A DNA stretch of 64,000 nt from contig CAOJBM010000001.1 of assembly GCA_948329525.1 (NCBI GenBank), forward strand, positions 407 through 64,406. The letters are read 5' to 3'. This DNA is from an uncultured Mycoplasmatota bacterium. Its GTDB lineage: Bacteria > Bacillota_I > Bacilli_A > RF39 > UBA660. The notes below the pieces were generated by a model. It saw only the letters and a list, made by a program, of their open reading frames with translations. It was not told where the DNA came from and ran no database searches. A program made the translations under genes and the position numbers. Of the stretch, positions 9,528-21,142 are shown piece after piece. Numbering within the stretch: the stretch's first letter is position 1; every line of letters begins with the position of its first letter.

Positions 9528-11075
9528 TTAAATAACTACCGCCCCATTTATACCAATAGGTACACCAATTAAATACCAAGCTACTGCTAAGATTATTAAG
9601 ACAGCAATTGAAGCTACTGCATATGGAAGTTGATATTTAAGTGTTCTAAACATTGCTATAGCACTCGTATTTTGATTATATTTTTCAATATATGCTAAGT
9701 AAATAACATAGTAAGCAAGTAATGGAGTCAAGCATATTGTAGCACATTCACTAAATCTAAATATTACTTGAGCATACTCAGGAGATAAGCCAGAATTCAT
9801 AAATGCTGGTACTGCAGTTGTTGCAAGTAGCACCCACTTAGCTTGAGAGTTAGGCAAGAAGATTGTTGATATCATACCAATTATAAACAATAGGATTATA
9901 AGAGGAATACCTGTTATAGATGCAGTATTTAATAGTCTTGCTAAGTTAGCTACAACAACATTCCCAATATTACTATATTTATAAATATTTAATAGTACAG
10001 AAGCAAATAAAATTATGACTAATATTTTTCCTATTCCATCTAGAGAATGTCCTAAATCATCGCATAAATCATTATTGTTTTTAATTGTTCTAGCACCAAG
10101 ACCATAAAATAATCCTAAAATAACAAATAACATTGTTACAATAAAGACAAATCCATTACTAAAGAAAGAATCATAGCTAAATAGTTTATCAATATAAAAT
10201 ACTTGGCTATCATCAAGTAACTTTCCTGACAAAGGAAGTCCTGGGATAATATTATATAAAAATACTAATAAATAAATAAACCCTGCGGTAAGGGAAAAAA
10301 TAAGTCCTCTTACTTCTTTTTTTCCTAATTTAAATTCTCTTTTTTCTTCTTTAAATTCATACCTTTCAATTTTGTTAGCAACATATTTTTCTGTTATTTC
10401 TGTAATTATAATCGCCATTAATATGGTAGCAGCAAGCATGATAAAGATAAAAGTTTTTGTCCCTAAAGTATACCCACTATCTAATAAATTAGCACTTTGA
10501 AGAGTTAAAGTCATTAATGAACTATCAGCTGATGACAAAAATAAATTTATTCCTGAACCACATGTTAAAGCAGCAAAAGTGGCTACTATTCCAAGCATTG
10601 GATTACGTCTACCATAAGAAAATAATAAAGCACTTAAAGGAATAGCTATTATATATGATAAATCTCCTAAAATACTCGATAAAATACAAATTAAGACCCA
10701 GACAAAAGTAATTGTCTTTTTTCTACTTTTCTTCGTTAAAAGTGTTATAGAAGTTTTCAAAAAGCCACTTTTTTCCATAACCCCGATCCCAATTAAGACA
10801 ATTATTAGCATACTTAAAGGTGTAAACGAAGCAAAATTAGATACAGTTGTTTGAAAAATATATTTAATTCCTGCAATACTTATCAAAGATTCCACTGTTT
10901 CTGTTACTTGATAATATTCATTAGTACTTGTATTAATCTTATTATATGTTGCTTCAAAACCAACTAAATGTAAAAACCAACTTAAAATTATTACAGCTAT
11001 TATTAAAATTATAAATGTCATTATTGGATTTAAAGTAATTTTTTCTTTAATATTATTCATTTTCATTTTTTTCAC
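9528..11075 (-). CDS. AbgT/YdaH-family transporter
   Basis: 515-aa polytopic membrane protein with an AbgT-like N-terminal region and repeated hairpin-helix segments. Confidence 0.5.
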   Translation of the reverse strand: MKKMKMNNIKEKITLNPIMTFIILIIAVIILSWFLHLVGFEATYNKINTSTNEYYQVTETVESLISIAGIKYIFQTTVSNFASFTPLSMLIIVLIGIGVMEKSGFLKTSITLLTKKSRKKTITFVWVLICILSSILGDLSYIIAIPLSALLFSYGRRNPMLGIVATFAALTCGSGINLFLSSADSSLMTLTLQSANLLDSGYTLGTKTFIFIMLAATILMAIIITEITEKYVANKIERYEFKEEKREFKLGKKEVRGLIFSLTAGFIYLLVFLYNIIPGLPLSGKLLDDSQVFYIDKLFSYDSFFSNGFVFIVTMLFVILGLFYGLGARTIKNNNDLCDDLGHSLDGIGKILVIILFASVLLNIYKYSNIGNVVVANLARLLNTASITGIPLIILLFIIGMISTIFLPNSQAKWVLLATTAVPAFMNSGLSPEYAQVIFRFSECATICLTPLLAYYVIYLAYIEKYNQNTSAIAMFRTLKYQLPYAVASIAVLIILAVAWYLIGVPIGINGAVVI

Positions 11076-11250
11076 CCATTATCTTTTTAACCTTTTTTTC
11101 AAATTCCATTCTATCAAGCATTACTTCTCTGCCACAATTCTTACATTTTATTTTAACATCGACACCAATTCTTGTAATAGTCCATAAATTTGTTTTGCAA
11201 GCATGTGGCTTTTTCATTATAACTTCATCATTTAAATTAATCTTTTGCAT
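11053..11250 (-). CDS. DUF951-family small protein
   Basis: MKKPHACKTNLWTITRIGVDVKIKCKNCGREVMLDRMEFEKKVKK matches the DUF951 consensus (KKPHPCG..W.I.R.GADI.IKC..CG). Confidence 0.6.
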   Translation of the reverse strand: MQKINLNDEVIMKKPHACKTNLWTITRIGVDVKIKCKNCGREVMLDRMEFEKKVKKIMGEKNENE

Positions 11251-12055
11251 TATGCACCTCTACTTGTTCATATGGTATTTTAATATTGTTTTTATTAAGT
11301 TCAATTAAAGCAGTTCTTAAAAGTTCTCTTTCTATTTGCCATCTTTTGTCTTGTTTACAATCTACACTAATCAAATAATTAACAGAAGATGAATCTAGTT
11401 TACTTATTCCATGATATTTAGAACTATTCTTAGTTACACCTTCTATTTTATTTGCTTCTTTAAGGATTTTACTATTAATAATTTTCTCAACATTTAGAAC
11501 ATCTTCCTCATAAGCAATAGGAATATGGGCAAAAACAGTAGCTACTTTTTGAGATAAATTAATTACCTCATTAATATTACGATTAGATATTACTAAAACA
11601 TTTCCTGTTGGAGCTTTAATTTTAGTTGACTTTAATGTTAGTTCAATAACTGTTCCTGTAAAACCATTGTATTCAACAATATCTCCTGTAACAAAGTAAT
11701 TTTCGATTATAATTGTAATTCCACCAATAAAATCTTTTAATGTGTCTTGTAAAGCTAAACCTAAAACTGTAGCTAAAATTCCTAATCCTGCAACAAGAGC
11801 TTTAACATCATAGCCATATAAATTTAAAATAAAGAGAATTACGATTATACCAATAATATATTTGAATATATTTTTTAAAAGCTCAACAATAGTTCTTCGT
11901 TTTTTTCTTTCATATTCCGTTTTACCAGATGTTACTATTTTTTCTAGAACAATTACAGAAATTCTATATAAAACAATACCTATAAGAACCGTAATAATAA
12001 ATCCATATACTTCTTTTTTAGTAATTAACGAAACAAGTTTTAAGAACTTATCCAT
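11237..12055 (-). CDS. Small-conductance mechanosensitive channel (MscS family)
   Basis: TM helices followed by the MscS beta-domain motif YFVTGDIVEYNGFTGTVIELTLKSTKIKAPTGNVLVISN. Confidence 0.7.
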   Translation of the reverse strand: MDKFLKLVSLITKKEVYGFIITVLIGIVLYRISVIVLEKIVTSGKTEYERKKRRTIVELLKNIFKYIIGIIVILFILNLYGYDVKALVAGLGILATVLGLALQDTLKDFIGGITIIIENYFVTGDIVEYNGFTGTVIELTLKSTKIKAPTGNVLVISNRNINEVINLSQKVATVFAHIPIAYEEDVLNVEKIINSKILKEANKIEGVTKNSSKYHGISKLDSSSVNYLISVDCKQDKRWQIERELLRTALIELNKNNIKIPYEQVEVHNAKD

Positions 12056-12057
12056 TT

Positions 12058-12957
12058 TTATTCACCATCCACACTTATATTAAGTATTTCTAAAATTCTT
12101 TCTAAGTCTTTTTCTGAATCATAAGGTATTTCAATTTTTTTATTGGTAATCTTTACTCTTGTTCCTATTTTTTCTCGCATTATATTTTCATAAATAGCAA
12201 AGTTCCCACTATTTGATGATATATGTCTAGTAATCTTGTTTCTCTTAAGCTCATCATCTCCACCTGATATTTTTTCAATATCCCGAACTGTTAAGCTTTC
12301 ATCAATAATTCGATTAGCTAGTTCTTCAATTTTTGCTTCATCATCATATTTTGATAGGGCTCTTGCATGACTCATGGAAATTTTATTTTCTTTAACATAG
12401 TCTTTTACTTTTGATGGAAGGTTTAATAAACCTAGTAAGTTTGTAACATAACTTCTACTTTTACCAAATTTTTTAGCTGCCTCTTCTTGCGTCACATTAT
12501 TAGCACTTAATATTTTAGAAAAAGCTTCTGCTTCCTCAATTGGGTTTAAATCTTCTCTTTGAATGTTTTCAATTAAAGCTATTTCCATCATTTCTTCATC
12601 ATCAAATTCACGGACTATAGCAGGAATTGTTTTTAAGCCAGCTAATTTAGATGCTCTTGTTCTTCTCTCACCAGCAATAATGTAGTATCCTTTTATTGTT
12701 TTTTTAACGATAATTGGTTGAACTACACCATGAACTTTAATTGATTCAGCTAATTCTTCTAAAGCTTTATCATCAAATGTTTTTCTTGGCTGATACGGAT
12801 TAGCTTGGATTTCTTCTAAAGATATTTCTTTAATATCTCCAGGTTTTGCTTCTTCGACTATCTCCTTTTCAAAATTATCAAAATCAATTCTTTCATTAGA
12901 AAATAATTGTTCTAAACCTTTTCCTAAGGCCTTTCTTTTAGTTTCCATTTCTTTCAA
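12058..12957 (-). CDS. parB: Chromosome partitioning protein ParB/Spo0J
   Basis: ParB box IIAGERRTRASKLAG and HTH; coupled to parA. Confidence 0.85.
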   Translation of the reverse strand: MKEMETKRKALGKGLEQLFSNERIDFDNFEKEIVEEAKPGDIKEISLEEIQANPYQPRKTFDDKALEELAESIKVHGVVQPIIVKKTIKGYYIIAGERRTRASKLAGLKTIPAIVREFDDEEMMEIALIENIQREDLNPIEEAEAFSKILSANNVTQEEAAKKFGKSRSYVTNLLGLLNLPSKVKDYVKENKISMSHARALSKYDDEAKIEELANRIIDESLTVRDIEKISGGDDELKRNKITRHISSNSGNFAIYENIMREKIGTRVKITNKKIEIPYDSEKDLERILEILNISVDGE

Positions 12958-13723
12958 TCACTTCCTTTGCTAAATTTTGATAAGCAAGTGTTGCTCTACT
13001 AGTTGGGTCATAATCACTTATTGGCTTTCCATGACTTGGAGCTTCGACAAGTCTTACAAGTCTTGGGATAATTGTATTAAATACTTTATTTTTAAAATAC
13101 TTTCTAACTTCTTCTATTACTTCTAGTCCAATATTCGTTCTACCATCTAGCATTGTTAATAAAACTCCCTCTATTCTTAAATTTGGATTTAAGTTAGATT
13201 GCACCATTATTATTGAATTTAAAAGTTGAGTAATACCATCTAGGGCAAAGAACTCACATTGAACAGGAATAATAACAGAATCACTAGCAACTAATGCATT
13301 CATTGTAGATAGCCCTAAAGATGGTTGGCAATCGATAATGATAAAATCATACAACTCAGTAATATCTTTTATCGCTTCTCTTAATTGTTCATTTTGATGA
13401 AAAGTTTTATCTTCTAGCATATTTTTAACAAATTCCACATCAATTCCCGCAAGATTTATTGTTGATGGAATTACAGACAAATTTTTAAACTTGGTTTTAA
13501 TAATAGCGGCTTTTATTTCACAAGCTCCAACCATGACATCATATATATCGTGTTTAAAATCTCCATTAGATAAGCCTAGTCCTGTCGAGGCATTTCCTTG
13601 AGGGTCAAAATCAATTAATAAGGTATTTTTACCTTCTTTTCCTAAGGCTGCAGCTAAATTAATACTAGAAGTAGTTTTTCCAACTCCTCCTTTTTGATTT
13701 ACAACAGATATTACTTTTGCCAT
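12938..13723 (-). CDS. parA: Chromosome partitioning ATPase ParA/Soj
   Basis: Deviant Walker A KGGVGKTT, 261 aa. Confidence 0.9.
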   Translation of the reverse strand: MAKVISVVNQKGGVGKTTSSINLAAALGKEGKNTLLIDFDPQGNASTGLGLSNGDFKHDIYDVMVGACEIKAAIIKTKFKNLSVIPSTINLAGIDVEFVKNMLEDKTFHQNEQLREAIKDITELYDFIIIDCQPSLGLSTMNALVASDSVIIPVQCEFFALDGITQLLNSIIMVQSNLNPNLRIEGVLLTMLDGRTNIGLEVIEEVRKYFKNKVFNTIIPRLVRLVEAPSHGKPISDYDPTSRATLAYQNLAKEVIERNGN

Positions 13724-13995
13724 ATTTTTACCACCTTTAAATTGATTACCGTCACTAAGAAATATTTTACCATATATATATTAAAAAGTCATAAATTTTT
13801 AACAATTTATTTTAGCTTTATTTTGCAAATAAAAAGAATTATCGTTAATTACATAATTAACTTATAATTCTTAATTTCTTATTTATTTCTTTTTAACAAT
13901 GAGTAAAATAATCTTCTAGTATCTTTTTCTTCTTTGCTACTTTCTTCTTAATTTAATCCTAATTCTTCTTGATTAGTTATCATAACATAGTTTCA

Positions 13996-15009
13996 TCATT
14001 TCCACACAAAAATTTCTAAGGGAAATAAAATTCTTCTTTTCCCTGTATTTAAAATCAAAGATACTTCATTTGTTACTAAATCATGAACATAAGTAAAATC
14101 ATCTATATTCCATAAACTAAACTCAATACAATTATCGTAATCAAAATTACTTCCAAGATAGTTACTACCTAATGTAGTTATATGTAAATATTTTTCATAA
14201 TCAAGATAAGCTATAAAAGAACCATTTATAGAAAGAGCTTTTTTACTTTTAACCTCTACTCCCTCTAATAAAGTATTTGTATAAAATTCAATATCTCCAT
14301 TATCAAATATAATATAAGTTCGATATGAAGTTAACTGACATATTTCTTGAACGTTATTAGCGCTTATTGTATTTCCTAAAAGTTGTCCATCTTTTGTAAG
14401 AATTAAAATATCTTCAAAAGGATAAATACACTCTATTTGTTTGATGTCATTTATATCAATTTTTAAAAGGAAAGGAATTGGTGCTAATGTTATTATTTTT
14501 TCTATCTTTTCTTCGATGGTTAACTCTTTATCATAGATAGTATTACGAATACTAAATCCGTCTAAATTACCATTATCATATTCTAAATTTTTTTGATAGA
14601 TTAATCTTTTCTTATTATTAATAAAACCATAAACACAATCATTTTCTTTTATTATTTTATCAACGTAGATATGAACTGTAAGATGATGTTTAAATATATG
14701 ATTTCTTATAACCTTGATATCGTAATCATTTTCTAAATTAGTAAAGAGACCTAATTCATCCATATAGAGAGTAAATAATTCGTTTTTTATGTGATATACT
14801 CTAGCAATGACTATTCGAAGATAATTGGAAAACTTTTTAAATTGGTCATAATTAACATTAAATAAGTAATCTTCGCATTTTCTAATAAACTCTTTTATCT
14901 TAGTATCTTCTCTTTTTAATAAATCTTCTCCTATTTCAACTTCCACTTTATTTAAATAAAAGCAATTACGAAATGCTTTTTTATTTCGGACAATTAATTC
15001 TTTTTTCAT
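13996..15009 (-). CDS. Hypothetical protein (337 aa), last gene of a coupled unknown operon
   Basis: ORF with 4-nt start/stop overlap with the upstream gene. Confidence 0.4.
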   Translation of the reverse strand: MKKELIVRNKKAFRNCFYLNKVEVEIGEDLLKREDTKIKEFIRKCEDYLFNVNYDQFKKFSNYLRIVIARVYHIKNELFTLYMDELGLFTNLENDYDIKVIRNHIFKHHLTVHIYVDKIIKENDCVYGFINNKKRLIYQKNLEYDNGNLDGFSIRNTIYDKELTIEEKIEKIITLAPIPFLLKIDINDIKQIECIYPFEDILILTKDGQLLGNTISANNVQEICQLTSYRTYIIFDNGDIEFYTNTLLEGVEVKSKKALSINGSFIAYLDYEKYLHITTLGSNYLGSNFDYDNCIEFSLWNIDDFTYVHDLVTNEVSLILNTGKRRILFPLEIFVWK

Positions 15010-15431
15010 TTTTCCACAAACACTTTTAGGCCATATAACATTTTACTTTTTAAAACTTCGTTTATATCAAGTTTTTCAACATTTTCATCACTACATAAAA
15101 TAACTTGAATTTTTGACTTAAAACAGATGTCTAATAAATCATGCAATTTTTCTTGCATATTTTTATTTCCAACTATTTCATGAATATTCTCTAAAATAAT
15201 TAATTTTTTCCTACAAACTATTTCGATATCAAGTTTATCAATTGTACAATAATTAATGAAAGACTTATATTGAGAATTAAAATCTTTATCAAATATTGGA
15301 AAGAAAAATCGATAGCTTTTGCATTTATCTAATCCTATTAAAGTTATTGGATTGTATGTTGGTTCTTTATTTCCAAGAATATTTTCTTTTACTATTTTTA
15401 AAGTGGTATATGCAACTTTATTTTTTTCCAT
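15006..15431 (-). CDS. Hypothetical protein (141 aa)
   Basis: Translationally coupled ORF. Confidence 0.4.
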   Translation of the reverse strand: MEKNKVAYTTLKIVKENILGNKEPTYNPITLIGLDKCKSYRFFFPIFDKDFNSQYKSFINYCTIDKLDIEIVCRKKLIILENIHEIVGNKNMQEKLHDLLDICFKSKIQVILCSDENVEKLDINEVLKSKMLYGLKVFVEK

Positions 15432-16485
15432 TATCTTCTTCTCCTTTTATAAATAAATATATTTTTTCACTTTCTTCGCCACTTAATTCTTGTTTTTCCT
15501 CTTCGTCTATAGCATCTTCATAGTATGAATCCCATACATTATAGACGTTTTGATAATAAACATTATCTTCATCATCGTAATCAATATGAGCAACATTAAT
15601 CCAGATTCTTAAATCATAATCATCTTGCATATCGTCCCATTTATCGTATTCGTATTTTGCATAATCTCCTTCGTTATAATAATCAGTCCCAAACATATCA
15701 GTTCCATGAATACCATAAATATCAAAATTAAAAAGGCGATATTTATCTTCAATCATATATTTTAATTTCAATCCTGTTTTATCATAAAATTCTTTGATAA
15801 CACCAAGATTACAATTTTTAAAATAATAGTCATATTTCTTTAAAAATTCTTTAATTTCCTTACTATAAATAAACTTATATAAATTATAGCATTCCATTCC
15901 ATCTTTAGTATAACGATAATTTTTTAGACCAGTTATTTTTTTAAAATTTTCTTCATTACCTACAATCATTGTATCAATATAAAGAAAATTATTTTTATTT
16001 AAGTCGATGCCAGTTAAATCTTCGAGATTTTCTACTGCTTCGTTGGGATTTATAAATATTTCATCATGTTCAAAATTAGGGATATGCTTTATCGTATTTT
16101 CTACTACTTTAAAATTATGAGGATATTCACGATAACTAATATACTTTCCTTTTTGGGCTAAAGTATATTCTTCTTTACTTAAACCTCTAAGATAAAAATA
16201 GGGTACTCTTTTACTATTATCATATAATTCTTTAATATAATCATTATAATTTAATAATAAATAACGATATTTTAAATAAATACCTAATTTATTTGTTGCT
16301 ATATTATTTCTCTTAAAATATTTCTCTATTTTAGGAATATCTAAAGTATCAAACAACTCTTTAATTTTAGTATCATTTATTTCTTTTAATACTTCTTTTG
16401 GAACTTCAAACTCATAAGGACTATTTTTATATCTTCTTAGACAAATAAATTTTTCTAATTCTTGAAAAGCTTTTGTTAAATTCAT
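15418..16485 (-). CDS. Hypothetical protein (355 aa) with an acidic Tyr/Asp-rich C-terminus
   Basis: Translationally coupled ORF. Confidence 0.4.
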   Translation of the reverse strand: MNLTKAFQELEKFICLRRYKNSPYEFEVPKEVLKEINDTKIKELFDTLDIPKIEKYFKRNNIATNKLGIYLKYRYLLLNYNDYIKELYDNSKRVPYFYLRGLSKEEYTLAQKGKYISYREYPHNFKVVENTIKHIPNFEHDEIFINPNEAVENLEDLTGIDLNKNNFLYIDTMIVGNEENFKKITGLKNYRYTKDGMECYNLYKFIYSKEIKEFLKKYDYYFKNCNLGVIKEFYDKTGLKLKYMIEDKYRLFNFDIYGIHGTDMFGTDYYNEGDYAKYEYDKWDDMQDDYDLRIWINVAHIDYDDEDNVYYQNVYNVWDSYYEDAIDEEEKQELSGEESEKIYLFIKGEEDNGKK

Positions 16486-16679
16486 AGTTCAATTATAACC
16501 TTATATTCATTCTTGTTTATTTTTTTCAAACTACCTTTTAAGAATACTAAACCAGTTAAAAAGTCGATTATTCTTTCCTTAGCTTTCAAATCACATTCTT
16601 CTAGGTTAACTACAAATTCATTTTTTAAGTTATCTCTCAATTCTTTAATATCTTGATATTTTTCTAATTTTATTATCAT
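16482..16679 (-). CDS. Hypothetical small protein (65 aa)
   Basis: Coupled ORF between two larger genes. Confidence 0.3.
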   Translation of the reverse strand: MIIKLEKYQDIKELRDNLKNEFVVNLEECDLKAKERIIDFLTGLVFLKGSLKKINKNEYKVIIEL

Positions 16680-16704
16680 TTTCTTTTTCCTTTCATTTTG
16701 ATAT

Positions 16705-17481
16705 TTAAAATTTTCTCTTCTTATATAATAACTCAGTCCTACTAATAATAAGTTCTATATAAGTATTAATATATTTTTTTATTTTTTTTTCTTTTAATTC
16801 TTGGAATATTTTATTTGTTGTATCCAAATCAGGTAGATTAGTTCCATCATAAATTTCTTTCAAGCAATACTCTTCAAGAAATTCATCACTAAAAAATGCT
16901 TTAAAATTCTTTTCTTGAAAATAAGTTGTATTTTTAAAAAGGTCTAACCTATCAAATCCTTTAGGATTACGATTATATTTACTCATATTATATTTGTTTT
17001 CTTTAGGACATGGACACATATTTCCAATTGTATGATAGTAAAGTATTAAGCGACATATATCATCATAATAAACAGATTTTTTTAATTCCTCAATTATACT
17101 TAATTGTTCTAAAAATGGTTTATTACTAATAACTTTGCTATAGATTGATTGAATAGATAAAAGCGTATCACAAGGTTCACTATTTTTAACTCCATATACT
17201 TTTTTAACAAACGGCAACTTATCACAATCAAATTGATACTTTATTTTTGCTAATTGTTTGAAAACTATATACCTTTCTAGAATATAAGCTGATTTAAATA
17301 ACTCTTCAAATTCTAAGTTAAGATGACTTTTTATATGTTCATTATATAATTTCTTTAAACAAGGGTATTTAATCATTTCCATTTTTAAATCAAATTCATT
17401 TATTTCTTCTATACTACTATTTCTATCTAATAATTTAACAATATTTTTAGCGCTATAAATTTCTTTTAAAGCCTTTTTCAT
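16705..17481 (-). CDS. Hypothetical protein (258 aa) with a CPCP Cys cluster
   Basis: ORF coupled to the upstream HTH gene (4-nt overlap). Confidence 0.4.
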   Translation of the reverse strand: MKKALKEIYSAKNIVKLLDRNSSIEEINEFDLKMEMIKYPCLKKLYNEHIKSHLNLEFEELFKSAYILERYIVFKQLAKIKYQFDCDKLPFVKKVYGVKNSEPCDTLLSIQSIYSKVISNKPFLEQLSIIEELKKSVYYDDICRLILYYHTIGNMCPCPKENKYNMSKYNRNPKGFDRLDLFKNTTYFQEKNFKAFFSDEFLEEYCLKEIYDGTNLPDLDTTNKIFQELKEKKIKKYINTYIELIISRTELLYKKRKF

Positions 17482-18164
17482 ATTTTCATATCCTCGTATA
17501 ACTTTCTGTTTATTTCTAATAACTCATATTTTAAATGACTACTAACTATATCTAATAAGTTTAATAAATTTGTGTCATTTACTTCTTTTTTGTTTTTAAT
17601 TTTTAAAAATATATCATAAATACTTTTAAAATTTCTTTCCATATATTCTAAATATGAGTCATCATCAAAATATTTAATAATTTTCTTTAAATTATATTTG
17701 GTGTTATTTAATTCGTTTTGAATATCACTAGTAATTTTTAAATACTCTAAATATTTAAAGTAAGTTGCTGGCAAATGATATAAATAGTAATTTATGATAT
17801 TGTTATAATTGTAATATAATGGATGATTATATTGCTTTAATCTATTTATAACATCATCGGACAAACCTATTTCTTGATATATTCGTGCATTCTTGGCTTC
17901 AATTTCTTGGATGTTATCATTAAGTAAAAAATCATAAGAAATAAGTTTTAATTTTTCATTATTAGATGTTTGACATACTTTAATTATTGTACTTAACGTT
18001 TCAATAGTTGGAGCAATGGTATTTTTACCATTAATAGCATTTAGAATAGTAGGTTTAGAAATGGATGGGCTAAACATGCGACAAGCATTTAAAAATTCTT
18101 TTTTATTCATACCAAGTTCATGTAAAATGTATTTTAATTTATAAGATAATTCGCTATTATTCAA
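17478..18164 (-). CDS. XRE-type helix-turn-helix domain protein (N-terminal HTH, 228 aa), first gene of the operon
   Basis: N-terminus LGMNKKEFLNACRMFSPSISKPTILNAINGKNTIAPTIETLSTIIKVC has an HTH_3 pattern. Confidence 0.5.
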   Translation of the reverse strand: MNNSELSYKLKYILHELGMNKKEFLNACRMFSPSISKPTILNAINGKNTIAPTIETLSTIIKVCQTSNNEKLKLISYDFLLNDNIQEIEAKNARIYQEIGLSDDVINRLKQYNHPLYYNYNNIINYYLYHLPATYFKYLEYLKITSDIQNELNNTKYNLKKIIKYFDDDSYLEYMERNFKSIYDIFLKIKNKKEVNDTNLLNLLDIVSSHLKYELLEINRKLYEDMKI

Positions 18165-18322
18165 TTAATTTCCTTCTTTCTAAAAGCATTATACTTAAAT
18201 TTATTTTGCAAGTAAACATATTTTTACACAAAAAAATAAAAGTAAAACGTTTTTTACTTTTGCATTATTATTAATTACAAATTTTATTGAACTTTACAAA
18301 TTCAATTAAAATAATCTACTTT

Positions 18323-18919
18323 TTATTTATTTTTAGTTAAATCATCAATTAATTCAAAGGAAAATTTATAAAATTTGTTAAATTCTTGAATAATATAATT
18401 TACTGATATTACATAAGGAATAGGTTGTTTTTCAAAATCATTATATTTACTGTATAATGTTATAAAACAATTTTCTTCTTTACCAATAGCCGAAAAGTCC
18501 GAATTAGCATATGAATGTTTATAAGAATTTGCCAAATTATCTAATTTATCAAACAAATCAATAAATTGATCTAAATCATTAAAATTTTTTTCTTTCTTAT
18601 TCAAATAGGCTCCTATAGAAGAAGCAGTTACTTTGTTATTTTTAACAAAGCCTTTTATAATAGCTATAGATGCTATAACCTCATCTATAAAATGTTTTAA
18701 ATCAAATACTATGTATTCATGAAGTTTACTCATTCTTTTATGATAATAAGTATTATAAATCATAAATTCAGAAGTATTAATATTAAAATTAATTATTCTA
18801 TTCCATATTTCATGTGTTTCAATAATATTTTGATTTACTATATCTAAATCCGTTATTAATTTCATAAATTTTAATTCTTCATTTACGTACGGATCTTTAT
18901 ATAAATTAAATTTTGGCAT
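18323..18919 (-). CDS. Hypothetical protein (198 aa)
   Basis: ORF with host-like composition. Confidence 0.35.
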   Translation of the reverse strand: MPKFNLYKDPYVNEELKFMKLITDLDIVNQNIIETHEIWNRIINFNINTSEFMIYNTYYHKRMSKLHEYIVFDLKHFIDEVIASIAIIKGFVKNNKVTASSIGAYLNKKEKNFNDLDQFIDLFDKLDNLANSYKHSYANSDFSAIGKEENCFITLYSKYNDFEKQPIPYVISVNYIIQEFNKFYKFSFELIDDLTKNK

Positions 18920-19161
18920 TAAATTAGTACTATAACCTTCTATAATTTCTTTTCCATTATTAATTAATATATATTTTTTTCTATATTTCTTACATTTTTT
19001 TAATTTTTTTTTATATTCTATAAATGCTTTTATAATTTCAATTTTTATAATTTCATTTTTTATAATATCACTTCCTTTTATAAAAATATATTTTATAAAG
19101 TTTTCTACTTATTATTTCTTTTATAAGTTATTTAAAACAAAAGAAATCAATTTCTTGATTC

Positions 19162-21141
19162 CTATTTATCAATTTCATCTTTTAATTCTTCTAAAAGTTC
19201 TTCTCTCGTCATTTTAGTATAACCTTTAATTCCTTTAGCTTTAGCTATTTCTTTCAATTTCAGTGTTGTTGGTTCATTATTTCTCTCTGGTTCGACAGGA
19301 CAAATTTTACCAGTCTCAACAATACATTCGATTTGTTCTTTTGTTAAAGTTTCATTTTCCATTAAAGCTTCACTGATATCTTTAACAAGTTTCTCATTTT
19401 CTTTTAAAATTTTCTTTGCTTCACTATAACACTTATCAATGATGTTTCTAACTTCTTTATCTATTTCAAGTGCTACTTGATCAGAGAAGTTTTTTGTTTT
19501 TGCATAATCTCTACCTAAGAATACTCCACCTTCACTTTTTTCTTCTAATTGCATTGGTCCTAAATCACTCATACCATATTCTGTAACCATACTTCTAGCA
19601 ATTCTTGTAGCTCTTTTAAAATCATCAGAGGCACCTGTCGTAATTTCACCATAGTATAGTTCTTCAGAAGCACGTCCACCAAGTAAACCAACAATTTGAG
19701 AAGTAAGTTCATCTTTAGTCATAATACCAATTTTTTCTTCTTTTGGTAACATCATTGTATAGCCACCAGCCATACCTCTTGGAATAATCGTAATTTTATG
19801 AACTTCTTGAGCATCAGTTAATTTAATACCAATAACTGCATGTCCTGCCTCATGAATACTAACAAGTTTCTTTTCTTTTTCAGTAATTTTACGGCTTGTC
19901 TTAGCAGGTCCAAGCATTACTCTATCTGTTGCTTCATCTATTTCATCCATACTTATATTTTGTCTATCTCTTCTAACAGCAAGCAAAGCTGCCTCATTAA
20001 GTAAGTTTTCTAAATCTGCTCCACTAAATCCTGGAGTTCTTTGGCTTAGATTACTTAAATTAACTGACTTATCAAATACTTTATTCTTTGCATGAACAGC
20101 TAAAATTTCTTCTCTTTCTTTTGAATCTGGTAGATTAACTGTAACTTGTCTATCAAATCTACCTGGTCTTAATAAGGCTGGGTCTAAAACATCAGGTCGG
20201 TTAGTAGCAGCAATAATTATAATTCCCTCATTAGCTCCAAAACCATCCATTTCTGTTAATAATTGGTTTAAAGTCTGTTCACGTTCATCATGTCCACCAC
20301 CAAGACCTGTTCCTCTTTGACGTCCTACTGCATCAATTTCGTCAATGAATATTAGACAAGGAGCAGTTTGCTTAGCTTGTTTGAACATATCTCTTACACG
20401 ACTTGCTCCAACACCAACAAACAACTCAACAAAGTCAGAACCACTTATATAGTAAAATGGTACATTAGCTTCACCTGCTACAGCTTTAGCAAGTAATGTT
20501 TTACCTGTTCCTGGAGGACCTACAAGTAAAACACCCTTTGGAATTCTTGCACCTAATTTTTGAAATTTCTTAGGATTTTTCAAGAAATCAATTAGTTCTG
20601 CCACTTCTTCTTTTTCTTCTTTTAAACCTGCAACATCAGTAAATCTTACTGTTCCACCATCTTCACTTAATCTTGCTCTGCTTCTTCCAAAGTCCATTGA
20701 TTTATTATTACCACTAGCTAATTTAGTAAATAAAACATATGATAAGATTACTAATAAAACTAAAGGTAGAAAGTTAATAATAATTACTAGTAATGTATTT
20801 TGTCCGGGATCTGCTTTCGTTTCATATTTCTTTAAATCATGAGATTCATTATATTCTAAAATAACTCCGACTTCTTCAGGTATAACTTTCGCCTTAAAAG
20901 ATTCAGTTTCCTTATAATCTTCTAATTTACCTTCAACATAATAAACACTATCATTACTATTTGGAGTAATAGTCATTTCTATGATACTTTCTTTGTCAAT
21001 CTCCTTAATTAACTCACCTGTTGTAAATTCGTGTACTTCATACTTTTGTAAATTAAAGAAAAATAATGTCCCACATATAATTACCAATAAAATTATATAT
21101 GGTAAAGCATTTTTAATATTATTATTTCTGTTTCTATTCAT
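19162..21141 (-). CDS. ftsH: ATP-dependent zinc metalloprotease FtsH
   Basis: Walker A GPPGTGKT, second region of homology, and HEAGHA zinc motif. Confidence 0.95.
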   Translation of the reverse strand: MNRNRNNNIKNALPYIILLVIICGTLFFFNLQKYEVHEFTTGELIKEIDKESIIEMTITPNSNDSVYYVEGKLEDYKETESFKAKVIPEEVGVILEYNESHDLKKYETKADPGQNTLLVIIINFLPLVLLVILSYVLFTKLASGNNKSMDFGRSRARLSEDGGTVRFTDVAGLKEEKEEVAELIDFLKNPKKFQKLGARIPKGVLLVGPPGTGKTLLAKAVAGEANVPFYYISGSDFVELFVGVGASRVRDMFKQAKQTAPCLIFIDEIDAVGRQRGTGLGGGHDEREQTLNQLLTEMDGFGANEGIIIIAATNRPDVLDPALLRPGRFDRQVTVNLPDSKEREEILAVHAKNKVFDKSVNLSNLSQRTPGFSGADLENLLNEAALLAVRRDRQNISMDEIDEATDRVMLGPAKTSRKITEKEKKLVSIHEAGHAVIGIKLTDAQEVHKITIIPRGMAGGYTMMLPKEEKIGIMTKDELTSQIVGLLGGRASEELYYGEITTGASDDFKRATRIARSMVTEYGMSDLGPMQLEEKSEGGVFLGRDYAKTKNFSDQVALEIDKEVRNIIDKCYSEAKKILKENEKLVKDISEALMENETLTKEQIECIVETGKICPVEPERNNEPTTLKLKEIAKAKGIKGYTKMTREELLEELKDEIDK

Positions 21142-21142
21142 T

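Noticed and set aside
9132-9572. 146-aa plus-strand ORF
   Set aside because: It is entirely antisense to ychF and has low-complexity Ser/Thr-rich content, so it is spurious.
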